A stretch of 64,000 nt of DNA, taken from NCBI GenBank assembly GCA_016793165.1, contig JAEULA010000096.1:76699-140698 (forward strand). Reading direction: 5' to 3'. Within the stretch, counting starts at the first letter, position 1; each line of letters starts with the position of its first letter. A model generated the notes under the pieces. The model ran no database searches. It worked only from the letters and a program-made list of their open reading frames with translations, and was not told the DNA's origin. Of the stretch, positions 17,938 through 27,141 are shown in pieces. The position numbers and the translations under genes are program-made. This DNA comes from Alphaproteobacteria bacterium. Lineage in GTDB: Bacteria > Pseudomonadota > Alphaproteobacteria > CACIAM-22H2.

Positions 17938-18801
17938 ATGACGGGGAACACCGGCAACACGGGCAATACCGGCAACACCGGAAACACCGGCAATGCCGGG
18001 AACGCGGGGCTGGCCGCCGGCGGCTGGTTCTTTCCCGATCGCATCGATCGCCCCTTCGTGTGGGAAGCAGGGGGAACCGCGCAGCTCACGACGCCGACGC
18101 CGTTCCCGGACAACCGCTGGGGACCCGACTGGCTGGCGTGGACGATCCTGCACGACTTCGCCACCACGAACTGGCGCGCCATCTCCTGGAGCGCATCCGA
18201 CGCGATGATCCCGTCGACACCGGTCGCGCAGAAGCGCGAGCTCGACGGCCTGGTGAAGGCCGCCGAGGACGAACGCGCCGACGCGCTGGGCGAGATACTC
18301 GCGCAGAACCAGGAGTTCCTCAGCTGCTTCGTGGCGCTGCTCGGGATCTCGACGAGCTCGCATCCGAACACGCGCCAGCTGCTGCATGCGGCCGAGCTCA
18401 TCGGCACCTTCGTCGTCATGCACTTCAAGCGCATGGTCAATCGGCCGCGGCCGAGCCAGCTGTGCCCGGCGCTGATGCCGCCGGTCGTGGTGCCCGGCCA
18501 CGCCGCCTACCCCAGCGGCCACGCCACGCAGGCGCATCTCGCGGCTCTCTGCCTCGAGGAGATGCTGTCCGGGGTTCCGTACTTCACGCCGGCATTGCCG
18601 AACGCACTGGGCGCGCTCGCGCGGCGCATCGCGCGCAATCGCGAGATCGCGGGGCTCCACTATCCGACCGACTCCGCTGCCGGCCGTGAACTCGCGATCG
18701 GGGCGCTCGGCCTGCTCAAGACCGCCATGCCGGTCGACGCAGACGGCAAGTCGCGCTTCACCCTCGTCGTCGAGGCGGCGCGCCGGGAGTGGACGACATG
18801 A
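17938..18801 (+). CDS. PAP2 / vanadium-haloperoxidase superfamily protein (soluble type) with an N-terminal (TGN)n repeat.
   Basis: All three superfamily motifs are present: K-x6-RP (HFKRMVNRPRP), PSGH (AYPSGHATQ) and R-x5-H-x3-D (ARNREIAGLHYPTDS). No TM segments. GGGAGGGG SD. Confidence 0.75.
   Translation: MTGNTGNTGNTGNTGNTGNAGNAGLAAGGWFFPDRIDRPFVWEAGGTAQLTTPTPFPDNRWGPDWLAWTILHDFATTNWRAISWSASDAMIPSTPVAQKRELDGLVKAAEDERADALGEILAQNQEFLSCFVALLGISTSSHPNTRQLLHAAELIGTFVVMHFKRMVNRPRPSQLCPALMPPVVVPGHAAYPSGHATQAHLAALCLEEMLSGVPYFTPALPNALGALARRIARNREIAGLHYPTDSAAGRELAIGALGLLKTAMPVDADGKSRFTLVVEAARREWTT
17941..18003 (+). repeat. Imperfect 9-bp tandem repeat encoding (TGN)5(AGN)2 at the N-terminus of the PAP2-like protein.
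   Basis: acggggaac accggcaac acgggcaat accggcaac accggaaac accggcaat gccgggaac gcgggg. The units differ mainly at wobble positions. Confidence 0.85.
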
Positions 18802-19865
18802 GCCCCGCGGGCGGGATCCCCGGATCACCGGGGCAGCTCGAGGCCATGATCGAGGCGCTGCAGGATCGCGTGCTTCCGGTGAAGCCGCTTGCCGGCGAGG
18901 ACTTCGATCCGATGACAGCGTCGCAGCAGGAGCTCATCGAGGTCGGCCTGCCGCCAAGGCCGGCCGTGGCCGATCCGGGAGTGCTGCAGGCGTGGCGCAA
19001 GGTCGTCGGGCCGCTGCCGCTGAAGATCCTGGCCTGGCGCCTCAGCCAGCTCGACTCGACGCTCGACTATCGCGTCGGCGCGGCCCGGGGTCCGGCATCG
19101 GGGCGCAGCGGCACCAGCCGCAACTGGTCGGGGATCGTCGTGACCGCGCGCGACGACGCGACACGTCCCGGCGCCACGATGTTCGACCAGGTCTTCGGCA
19201 GCTGGACGGTGCCGATGCCGACCTTGCCGGCCGACCATGCCGCCGACGCTGTCTATCGCTGCTCGACCTGGATCGGGATCGACGGTCATCGCCGCCTGTC
19301 GTCGTCGCTGCCGCAGATCGGCACGACGCTCGTCGTCGAGGTGGTCGGCGGCCAGCCCCGGCCGCCGCGCATCGAGGTGTGGTGGCAATGGTGGCTGCGC
19401 GAGCATTTCTTCGGGCCGGTCCCGATCGCGAACTTCGCCGTCGACTTCGGCGACGAGATCGCGGCCGCGCTGACGGCGATCGATCCGAGGCTCGTGCGAT
19501 TGAACCTCCGCAATGTCACCCGCAACGACCCGCCGCATGTCGTCTCGATCGCGGCGCCGACCGTCATCATCGGTCCCGGCATGAACGCCAGCGCCGCCGC
19601 GCGCGGATTGACCGCGGAGTGGATCGCCGAGCGCCCGACGGCCCTGAACGACACGTGGCTCCATCCGCTGCCGGATTTCGGCGCCGTCACGTTCACGGGT
19701 TGCTACGCGATCGAATCCGGCGGCGCGCTGCGCACCCTGGCGGCGGGCAGGAACGTGCGCATGGTCGCACGGCAGCAGAGCCCGGCACGCGTCGCGGTGC
19801 TGTCGCGCCCCGACCCGCCGCCGCACGCCAGCGCCCTCGATCGGACGATCCGCTTCGTCGGGTAG
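18798..19865 (+). CDS. Peptidase G1 (eqolisin / scytalidoglutamic peptidase-like, Pfam Peptidase_A4) homologue.
   Basis: SRNWSGIVV, STWIGIDG...LPQIGTT and TAEWIAERP align with the SNWGGAIL, AWVGIDG...ILQTG (catalytic Gln) and AEFIIED (catalytic Glu) blocks of scytalidoglutamic peptidase as I remember them. There is an ATGA overlap with the upstream PAP2-like gene (ATG 18798, TGA 18799-18801). Confidence 0.65.
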   Translation: MSPAGGIPGSPGQLEAMIEALQDRVLPVKPLAGEDFDPMTASQQELIEVGLPPRPAVADPGVLQAWRKVVGPLPLKILAWRLSQLDSTLDYRVGAARGPASGRSGTSRNWSGIVVTARDDATRPGATMFDQVFGSWTVPMPTLPADHAADAVYRCSTWIGIDGHRRLSSSLPQIGTTLVVEVVGGQPRPPRIEVWWQWWLREHFFGPVPIANFAVDFGDEIAAALTAIDPRLVRLNLRNVTRNDPPHVVSIAAPTVIIGPGMNASAAARGLTAEWIAERPTALNDTWLHPLPDFGAVTFTGCYAIESGGALRTLAAGRNVRMVARQQSPARVAVLSRPDPPPHASALDRTIRFVG

Positions 19866-19976
19866 GCGCCGGCGACGACCGGGTCCGCGGCGGCCGGCGC
19901 GCGACACCGTCGACATTGCGCGCCGTGCCGGGCGGTGGTCACACTCGCCGCGTTCGCGACGACGCCGAGAGGACGA

Positions 19977-21134
19977 ATGACCACGCAGGACGAGGCGGCC
20001 GCCGGCTACGGCGCCGAGAGCGCCGCCATGGCGGCCTATCTGGCGGCCGGCGCGCAGCGCGCAGCGACGCTGGGCAATCGCGGGCCCATCCGCTTCGACG
20101 CCGGGGGCCGCGTCGCGCCCGACATCCTCGAGGCCTACTGGCGCTGCGGCTTCTACGTTTTCGAGGGCGTGCTCGATCGCGCCGAGCTCGCCGAGATCGA
20201 GGCGGAGGTGAAGGATCTCCTCGATCGGCTGCCGAGCCGGCAGGGCGCGCCGGTGGACGCCAAGGGTCGGCCGGCGGTCGCCGTCGACTGCAAGGCCCCG
20301 ACGCTGTTCTGGGCGAAGCCGCTCGGCGATCCGATGGGCGGGACGTCGTTCGCCAACGGCCGCCATCCGGTGAAGATGTTCGAGCCCGAGGCGGCCGCCG
20401 GCGCGCCCGACGAGGTCGTCTATCTCATCCTCGGCTCGCTGCAGTTCCTCGAGACCCAGCTGCGCGTCTACGGCCATCCCGGCCTGCTCGCCGTCGCCGC
20501 CGCGGTGAACGGCGAAGACTTCGCGCCGTTCAACGAGGCGCTGTTCATCAAGGAGCCCGGCCTCGGCGCATCGGTCGCCTGGCACCGCGACGGCGTCACG
20601 CACTGGGACAGCCCCGACTGGGACGAGGGCTCGCACGGCTTCAACTTCATGGCGCAGCTCTACGGCTGCACGCCGGCGAACGGCGTGTGGGTCGTGCCCG
20701 GCTCCCACAAGCTGCGCAAGGTCGACATCAGGGCGATGGTCGCGCAGGCCGGCAGCGACCGGCTGCCCGACGCGGTGCCCATCGTCTGCAAGCCGGGGGA
20801 CGTTGCGATCACCAACCGCCAGGCCGTGCACGGCTCCTTCGCCAACACCAGCCGCGACTGGCGCGTGACTCTGAACTTCGGTTTCCACCGGCGCCGCTCG
20901 GTGCTCGGCGTCAAGGGCGGCGGCCTGCACAATGCGCCGGCGATCTACGACGAGGCGCGCATCCGCGCGCGCGCGCGCGTGATCGGCTACGCGATCGACG
21001 CGCGCCGGTCGCGCTTTCCGGAGGAGGCGCCCTTCGCCTATCGCCCGCATGTCGACGGCGGCGAGCTTTGGACCTGGGACGCCGCCGCGAAGGCGTCGAT
21101 GAAGGACTACAACCTCCTCGACCTGAGCATCTGA
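19977..21134 (+). CDS. Phytanoyl-CoA dioxygenase (PhyH) family Fe(II)/2-oxoglutarate oxygenase.
   Basis: WHRDG...(H-x-D facial triad), VVPGSHK and NRQAVHGS. GAGAGGA SD before the ATG at 19977; the track start at 19935 is GTG. Confidence 0.7.
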   Translation: MTTQDEAAAGYGAESAAMAAYLAAGAQRAATLGNRGPIRFDAGGRVAPDILEAYWRCGFYVFEGVLDRAELAEIEAEVKDLLDRLPSRQGAPVDAKGRPAVAVDCKAPTLFWAKPLGDPMGGTSFANGRHPVKMFEPEAAAGAPDEVVYLILGSLQFLETQLRVYGHPGLLAVAAAVNGEDFAPFNEALFIKEPGLGASVAWHRDGVTHWDSPDWDEGSHGFNFMAQLYGCTPANGVWVVPGSHKLRKVDIRAMVAQAGSDRLPDAVPIVCKPGDVAITNRQAVHGSFANTSRDWRVTLNFGFHRRRSVLGVKGGGLHNAPAIYDEARIRARARVIGYAIDARRSRFPEEAPFAYRPHVDGGELWTWDAAAKASMKDYNLLDLSI

Positions 21135-21169
21135 GCGCCGCCGCCGGCGGCTGGCGGCTCGGGCGCGCG

Positions 21170-21940
21170 TCAGCGCATCAGGAAGCCGCCGTCCACGGCC
21201 AGCACGTGTCCGGTGATGTAGCTCGCGAGATCGCTGGCGAGGAACACGGCGCCGCGCGCGCATTCGAGCGCCGTGCCCATGCGGCCGAGCGGAATGCGGG
21301 CGCGCGCGGCGGCGAGCGTCTCCGGCGTCATGCCCGTGCGCTGCATCGGCGTGTCGATCGATCCGGGCGACAGCGTGTTGACCGTGATGCCATGGGGGCC
21401 GAGCTCCTTGGCGAACGATTTCGTGAGCGTGATCGTGCCGGCCTTGGTGACCGCATAGGCGGTCGCGCCGACGAAGCCGCCGACGACCCCCGCGCCGCTC
21501 GAGAAGTTGACGATACGCCCCCAGCGCCGCGGCTTCATCGCCTCGCCGGCGGCGCGGCAGAGGAAGTACTGGCTGCGCAGGTTGACCCGCATCAGCCGCT
21601 GCCACTCGGCCTCGTCGATCCCGTCGAGATCGAGACGGCGAAGGACCGCCGCGACGTTGAGCAGGATGTCGAGGCGGCCCTCGCGCGCGAGGCTGCGGGC
21701 GACCAGGCTCTCGCAGGCCGCGAGGTCGCCAATATCGACGATCTCGGTCGTGTGCCCGCCCCCGCGCAACGCCGCGCCGGCGGCGGCGAGGCCGGCGGTG
21801 TCGACGTCGCACGCGACGACGCGCGCGCCGGCGGCGGCGAGGATCTCGGCGGCGGCGCGGCCGATGCCCGAGGCGGCGCCCGTGACGATCGCCACGCGGC
21901 CGGCGAGACCGAGAGTCGCAAGCGGGAATCCGGCGCTCAT
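21170..21940 (-). CDS. SDR family oxidoreductase.
   Basis: 256 aa. VAIVTGAASGIGRA (TGxxxGIG), NVAA and YAVTKAG (YxxxK). ATGA overlap with the upstream SDR. Confidence 0.85.
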   Translation of the reverse strand: MSAGFPLATLGLAGRVAIVTGAASGIGRAAAEILAAAGARVVACDVDTAGLAAAGAALRGGGHTTEIVDIGDLAACESLVARSLAREGRLDILLNVAAVLRRLDLDGIDEAEWQRLMRVNLRSQYFLCRAAGEAMKPRRWGRIVNFSSGAGVVGGFVGATAYAVTKAGTITLTKSFAKELGPHGITVNTLSPGSIDTPMQRTGMTPETLAAARARIPLGRMGTALECARGAVFLASDLASYITGHVLAVDGGFLMR

Positions 21941-22698
21941 CGCAGCATCAGCCCGCCTTCGACGTCGAGCGTGTGGCCCGTCACGTAGCTGCCCCAGTCC
22001 GAGACCAGGAACAGGATCGCATCGGCGACCTCCTCGGCGCGGCCGGCGCGGCGCAGCGGCACCTTTGCGGCGAAATGCGCATCCCAGCTCGGTCCGGTGA
22101 AGCCGTGCCGCCCCATCGGCGTGTCGATGCCGCCGGGGCAGACGGTGTTGACGAGGACGCCGTCGGCGGCGAACTGCCGGGCGAGCGACTTCGTGAGCGC
22201 CAGCACGCCGCCCTTCGAGATCGCGTAGACCGACGAGTTGTCGGCGCCGCCATTGAACGCCGCAGTCGAGCTCACATTGACGATGCGACCGTCGCGCCGG
22301 CGGCGCATCGGGCGCGCCGCCGCGCGACACATCGCGAACTGGCTCAGCAGGTTCGCGTCCATCACCTCGTCCCACAACGCCGCGTCGGTCTCGGCGATCG
22401 ATACACGGCGCAGGATGGCGGCGGCGTTGACGAGGATGTCGAGGCGGCCCTCGCGCGCCAGCACCTCGTCGACGACGCGCTCGCACGCCGCGGGCTTCGC
22501 CAGATCGGCCGCGATCGCATGGTCGCAGGCGCCGGGTGCGATCGGCTTCACGTCGACGCCGGTCACGCGGGCGCCGGCGGCCACGAGGCGCGCGGCGGTC
22601 GCGCGGCCGATTCCCGATGCCGCTCCCGTGACGATCGCCACCTTGCCGTCGAGCCCGAAGCCTGCGCCGGGATCGTCGACCGAATGGGAAGGATTCAT
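21937..22698 (-). CDS. SDR family oxidoreductase (tandem paralogue).
   Basis: 253 aa. VAIVTGAASGIGRA, NAAA and YAISKGG. Confidence 0.85.
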   Translation of the reverse strand: MNPSHSVDDPGAGFGLDGKVAIVTGAASGIGRATAARLVAAGARVTGVDVKPIAPGACDHAIAADLAKPAACERVVDEVLAREGRLDILVNAAAILRRVSIAETDAALWDEVMDANLLSQFAMCRAAARPMRRRRDGRIVNVSSTAAFNGGADNSSVYAISKGGVLALTKSLARQFAADGVLVNTVCPGGIDTPMGRHGFTGPSWDAHFAAKVPLRRAGRAEEVADAILFLVSDWGSYVTGHTLDVEGGLMLR

Positions 22699-22862
22699 TC
22701 ACGCGCTCCAGGGTACGGCGGCGCCGGCCCGGCCGCAGGATCGCTTCGACCAGCCCGATCCGGCCGGGGCGGCCTTCGTGCCTGCCCCGCGCCTCGCGCA
22801 CCATCCGGCTTTTCGCGTGGCGAACCGGCGTTCCCGATCGTTTGCCGTGGCGTCGGGACCCT

Positions 22863-24218
22863 TCAGCGATACCCCGTCACGACGCTCGCGTCGGCGGGCA
22901 GGCCACCCTTGATCTCGGTGAAGCGCTCGTCCGCGAGACCGGTCTCGACCAGGACCTCGCGCAGGCCCTGCTGCGAATCGACATGGACGATCGCCGTATT
23001 GCGGGTCGTCGTCCGGGCGCCGTCGACCTTCGCGACCGCCTCGCCGCGCTGGGGCCGGAAGCGCAACGCCGCGTTGGGCAGCCGCGGCACGCGCTCGCGC
23101 TCGTCGACCTTCACGCGCACCGTCGCGGTCATGCCGGGCCGCAGGAGCCGCTCGGGATTGGCCGCCGAGATGATCGCGATGTACGTCACGACGTTCTGGA
23201 TCAGCAGCGGCGCCAGCCGCAGCTGCTGGATCTCGCCGGAGAAGCTGCGGCCGGGAAATGCGGCCACGCGGAAGTCCACCGCCTGCCCCTCGCGCAGCGA
23301 TCCGACATCCGCCTCGTCGACGAAGAGCTCGAGCTGCATCTGCCCGAGGTCCTGGGCGATGGTGAACAGCACCGGCGCCTGCAGGCTCGCGGTGACGGTC
23401 TGCCCCACCTCCACATTGCGCTCGATCACGACGCCGGCCATCGGCGCATGGATCGCCGTCCGATCGAGATCGAAGCGGGCGCGGTTCAGCGCCGCCTCGC
23501 GCTGGCGCACGGTCGCCTCGGCGACCAGCGCCTCGGCCTCGGTGGTGCGGATCGCCGCCTGGGCAGCGTCGGCGGCGGCGGCGAGCGAGCGCACCTGGAG
23601 CTCCGCGGCGAGCCGGCCCGCGGCAGCGCGATCGAGCTCGGCGCGTGCGCGGTCGCGCTCGCTGCCCGACACGAACTGCTCGCGGCCGGGCGCCGTGCGG
23701 CGCTGGAATTCGGCACGCGCGAAGGCGAGCGAGGCATCCGCGACGGCGCGTTCCGCCTCGGCGCCCTCGGCACGCAACCGGGCGCCCGCCGCCTCGGCGG
23801 ACTGCTGCGCGCTGCGGCTGCGCGCGACGGCGAGCCCGGCCTGCGCAAGCTCGACCTCGGCGGCGGCCTCGGCGACGCGGGCGCGATAGATGTCCGACGC
23901 CAGCTCGGCGAGCAGCTGGCCCTCGCTCACCGGGCTGTTGAAATCGACGGCGATACGCGCGACGCGGCCGGAGATCTCGGAGCCGACCTGGACGCTGCCG
24001 CGGGCGACGACCGTGCCGGTGGCGTCGACCTGCCGGACGACCGGACCGGGCTCGAGGCGCACGGTTGCAAAGGCGGCCGGCGGCGGTCGCGCGACCATCA
24101 GCCCGCTCGCCACCAGCCCGCCGCCGCCGAGGAGCGCCAGCAGCGCCGCCCATAGCGGCCAGCGCTTGCGCGCACGCGACGGCGAGGGCGATGAGGGGTT
24201 CGGCGACGGTTCGGTCAT
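22863..24218 (-). CDS. HlyD/MacA-type periplasmic adaptor (membrane fusion protein).
   Basis: N-terminal TM anchor (WPLWAALLALLGGGGLVASGL), a long Ala/Arg/Glu coiled-coil hairpin, and barrel motifs (IHAPMAGVV..RNV.VGQTV, FTIA.D...M). The ATG at 24218 is preferred over the track start at 24233. Confidence 0.8.
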   Translation of the reverse strand: MTEPSPNPSSPSPSRARKRWPLWAALLALLGGGGLVASGLMVARPPPAAFATVRLEPGPVVRQVDATGTVVARGSVQVGSEISGRVARIAVDFNSPVSEGQLLAELASDIYRARVAEAAAEVELAQAGLAVARSRSAQQSAEAAGARLRAEGAEAERAVADASLAFARAEFQRRTAPGREQFVSGSERDRARAELDRAAAGRLAAELQVRSLAAAADAAQAAIRTTEAEALVAEATVRQREAALNRARFDLDRTAIHAPMAGVVIERNVEVGQTVTASLQAPVLFTIAQDLGQMQLELFVDEADVGSLREGQAVDFRVAAFPGRSFSGEIQQLRLAPLLIQNVVTYIAIISAANPERLLRPGMTATVRVKVDERERVPRLPNAALRFRPQRGEAVAKVDGARTTTRNTAIVHVDSQQGLREVLVETGLADERFTEIKGGLPADASVVTGYR

Positions 24219-24319
24219 CGAGGTCGGCACCATAGCGGCCGGTCCCCGCGATAGAAACCGATCCGGCCGCGGACTCGGCTGTTCCCAAGTGCCGCCCGGC
24301 GCGCGACCATGGCCGCGCC

Positions 24320-25660
24320 ATGTCCTGGGCCACCACGCTCCACGAGGCGTTCCGCGCGCTGCGCGCGCGCCTCGGCCGCGCCTCGCTCGCCGTGCTGATG
24401 ACGGCGGTCGGCGTCGGAACGGTGATCGTGCTCGTCGGCATCCTCGGCGGCGCGCAGCGCGACGTGGCGCGCCGCATCCAGGCGCTCGGCTCGAATCTGG
24501 TGTCGGTCTCGCCCGGCGTGGTGTCGTCCGGCGGCGCGCGGCTGGGCTACGGCTCGCGCCCCTCGCTCACCCAGAGCGACATCGACGCGATCGTCCGCGA
24601 GGTTCCCGGCGTCGTCGCCATCAACGGCATCTGGTGGAGCGGCGGTCAGGCGATCGCCGGCGCGCGCAACTGGACGACGCGCATCCACGGGGTCATGCCG
24701 GGCTACTTCGTGGTGCGGAACTGGGCCGCCGAGCGCGGCCGCGTGATCGACGAGGACGACATCGCGGGCTTCGCCAAGGTCGCCGCCATCGGCTCGACCA
24801 TCGCCGAGAAGCTGTTCCCCGGCCAGGACGCCGTCGGCCAGGACCTTCGCCTGCGCAACGTGCCGTTCCGCGTGGTCGGCGTGCTCGAGCCGAAAGGCCA
24901 GAGCTTCAGCGGCCAGGACCAGGACGACATCATCCTGGTGCCGCTGTCGACCGCGCGGCTGCGACTCAACACGCAGCTCGGCGCGGAGTTCAGGCGCGTG
25001 AGCGCGATCTCCGGCCGCGACCGCTTCCGCAATCCCGGCGAGGTGGACTCGCTGCAGCGGCGCGGCCCGCTCGTCAGCAATCCCGCCGCTTTCCAGGCGC
25101 GCGCCGTCAACCTGATCACGGTGAAGATGGACGACGGCCAGGACATCGCGGCCACCGAGGCGACCATCGCGGACGTGCTGCGCCAGCGTCGGCCTGCCGG
25201 CGAGGTCCAGGGCGACAACTTCCAGGTCCGCGGCCATACCGAGCTCTGGCGCGCGCAGTCCGAGACGACGCGGATGCTGGGCCTGATCGTGTCGATCGCC
25301 GGCGCGCTCGCGATCATCACCTCGGGCGCCGGCATCATGAACACGATGCTGATCGCGGTGTCGGAGCGCATCCCAGAGATCGGCGTGCGGCTGGCGGTCG
25401 GCGCGCGGCGGCGCGACATCCTCGGCCAGTTCCTGATGGAGGCCGCGATGATCGCCGGCCTCGGCGGCCTGTTCGGCCTGCTCGCCGGGCTCGGCGCCGT
25501 CGGCGCCATCGTCGCCTTCAACCTCTCCGCACCGGTCCTGTCGGCGGGCTGGGTCGGCGCGATCGTCGCGGCCGCGATCGTCACCGGGCTGTTCTTCGGA
25601 TTCTACCCCGCCTGGCGCGCCGCGCGCCTCGACCCCGTCAGCTGCCTGCGCACACCGTGA
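24320..25660 (+). CDS. MacB/FtsX-type ABC transporter permease (MacB periplasmic domain plus FtsX). No ATPase domain.
   Basis: 446 aa. N-terminal TM, then a large periplasmic domain (RNVPFRVVGVLEPKG), then a C-terminal 3-TM FtsX module (ERIPEIGVRLAVGARRRDILGQFLMEA). No Walker motifs. Confidence 0.8.
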   Translation: MSWATTLHEAFRALRARLGRASLAVLMTAVGVGTVIVLVGILGGAQRDVARRIQALGSNLVSVSPGVVSSGGARLGYGSRPSLTQSDIDAIVREVPGVVAINGIWWSGGQAIAGARNWTTRIHGVMPGYFVVRNWAAERGRVIDEDDIAGFAKVAAIGSTIAEKLFPGQDAVGQDLRLRNVPFRVVGVLEPKGQSFSGQDQDDIILVPLSTARLRLNTQLGAEFRRVSAISGRDRFRNPGEVDSLQRRGPLVSNPAAFQARAVNLITVKMDDGQDIAATEATIADVLRQRRPAGEVQGDNFQVRGHTELWRAQSETTRMLGLIVSIAGALAIITSGAGIMNTMLIAVSERIPEIGVRLAVGARRRDILGQFLMEAAMIAGLGGLFGLLAGLGAVGAIVAFNLSAPVLSAGWVGAIVAAAIVTGLFFGFYPAWRAARLDPVSCLRTP

Positions 25661-26433
25661 TCACGCGCCGACGACTCGCCCGCTCGGTGCCGCTGATCGC
25701 GCTCCCCGCCCGGTCGCGCGCGGCGGCCGAGCCGCTCGTCGCGGCGGCGTCCGACCTGAAATTCGCCCTGGAGGCGATCGCCGCCCGCCACGCGACGCAG
25801 GGCGGCGCCCCCGTCCGACTCGTCTTCGGATCCTCGGGGCAGCTCGCGACGCAGATCGCGCAGGGTGCGCCGTTCGAGGTCTTCCTGTCGGCCGACGAGG
25901 CCTTCATCCAGCGGCTGGTCGCGATCGGCCGCGCGCGCGACGAGGGGCGCCTCTACGCCCTCGGCCGCATCGCGCTGTTCGCGGCGTCGCGATCGTCGCT
26001 CGCGGTCGATCCGGCCCTCGACGGCCTCGCCGCCGCCGTCGCCGCGGGCGCCATACGACGCTTCGCCGTCGCCAACCCCGAGCACGCCCCCTATGGCCGC
26101 GCGGCCATCGAGGCGCTGCAGCGGCGCGGGCTGCTGGACCGCCTGCGGCCGGCTCTCGTCTTCGGCGAGAACGTGAGCCAGGCGGCCCAGTTCGCCGCGT
26201 CGGGCAGCGCCGAGGGCGGCATCATCGCCTTGTCCCTCGCCAGCGCGCCCAACCTCGCCGGTGCCGGCCGGTTCGCCGTGATCGACGCGAGCTGGCATGC
26301 ACCGCTGCGCCAGCGCATGGCCGTGATCGCCGGCGCCTCCGCGGCGGCGATCGCCTTCCACGACTTCATTGCCGGTCGCGAGGGACGCGAGATCCTCGTA
26401 GGTTTCGGCTTTGCCCCGCCTCCGGAGTCCTGA
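25657..26433 (+). CDS. modA: Molybdate ABC transporter substrate-binding protein.
   Basis: This is the C-terminal 258 aa of track ORF 23890..26433. It has a GTG start in a GTGA overlap with the permease stop. TRRRLA-type signal, then LVAAASDLKFALEAI...FGSSGQLATQIAQGAPFEVFLSADE, typical of ModA. Confidence 0.75.
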   Translation: MITRRRLARSVPLIALPARSRAAAEPLVAAASDLKFALEAIAARHATQGGAPVRLVFGSSGQLATQIAQGAPFEVFLSADEAFIQRLVAIGRARDEGRLYALGRIALFAASRSSLAVDPALDGLAAAVAAGAIRRFAVANPEHAPYGRAAIEALQRRGLLDRLRPALVFGENVSQAAQFAASGSAEGGIIALSLASAPNLAGAGRFAVIDASWHAPLRQRMAVIAGASAAAIAFHDFIAGREGREILVGFGFAPPPES

Positions 26434-26472
26434 GGCGCACGGGCTTGGCAACGTGAGGCCGAGAGTGACGAC

Positions 26473-27141
26473 ATGGACGTGACGGCGCTGCGGCTCTCCG
26501 TCGTGCTGGCTGCCGCGACGGTCGCGGCGCTCGTGCCGCTCGCGATGATCGTCGGCCGGGTGCTCGCCTTCCGCCGTTTCCGGGGCCGGCGCGTCGTCGA
26601 GGCGGCGCTGGCGCTTCCCCTGGTCCTGCCGCCGACCGTCCTCGGCTTCTATCTCCTTGCCGCCTTCGCGCCCGACGGCACGCTCGGCCGCATGCTGGCG
26701 GCGGTCGCGATCCCGCCGCTCGCCTTCACGTTCGAGGGCCTCGTCGTCGCGAGCATCATCGCCAATATCCCGTTCGCGGTGCAGCCCATCCAGCGCGGGT
26801 TCGAATCGATCCCGGCGGAGCTGCGCGAGGCGGCGGCGTGCAGCGGGCTCGGCCCGTGGTCGACGTTCCTCCAGGTCGAGCTGCCGCTGGCCTGGCCCGG
26901 CATCGTTTCGGCGACCGCGCTCGTCTTCGCCCATACGCTGGGCGAGTTCGGCGTCGTGCTGATGGTCGGCGGCTCGATCCCCGGCGAGACGCGGACCGCC
27001 TCGATCGCGATCTACGACCGGATGCAGGCGTTCGACACCGCGGGCGCCGGCATCCTGGCGGTGACGCTGCTGGCGGTGTCCATGGTCGCGCTCGCCGTCG
27101 TCCACGGACTCGCCGGCCGGCGCGGGACCGGCCATGGCTGA
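26473..27141 (+). CDS. modB: Molybdate ABC transporter permease.
   Basis: 222 aa. EAA loop (ELREAAACSGLGPWSTFLQVELPLAWPGI), 5 TM segments, and position between modA and modC. Confidence 0.85.
   Translation: MDVTALRLSVVLAAATVAALVPLAMIVGRVLAFRRFRGRRVVEAALALPLVLPPTVLGFYLLAAFAPDGTLGRMLAAVAIPPLAFTFEGLVVASIIANIPFAVQPIQRGFESIPAELREAAACSGLGPWSTFLQVELPLAWPGIVSATALVFAHTLGEFGVVLMVGGSIPGETRTASIAIYDRMQAFDTAGAGILAVTLLAVSMVALAVVHGLAGRRGTGHG

Noticed and set aside
14857-21988. Very long ORFs 14857..18828 (-), 18825..21812 (-) and 18686..21988 (+).
   Set aside because: They lie antisense or out of frame to genes with clear family motifs (cyclase, PAP2-like, G1 peptidase, PhyH, SDR), and their translations are Arg-rich junk.
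23890-25656. The N-terminal 589 codons of track ORF 23890..26433.
   Set aside because: Only the last 258 aa (from the GTG at 25657) look like ModA. The upstream part overlaps the MacB-type permease in another frame and is low-complexity.
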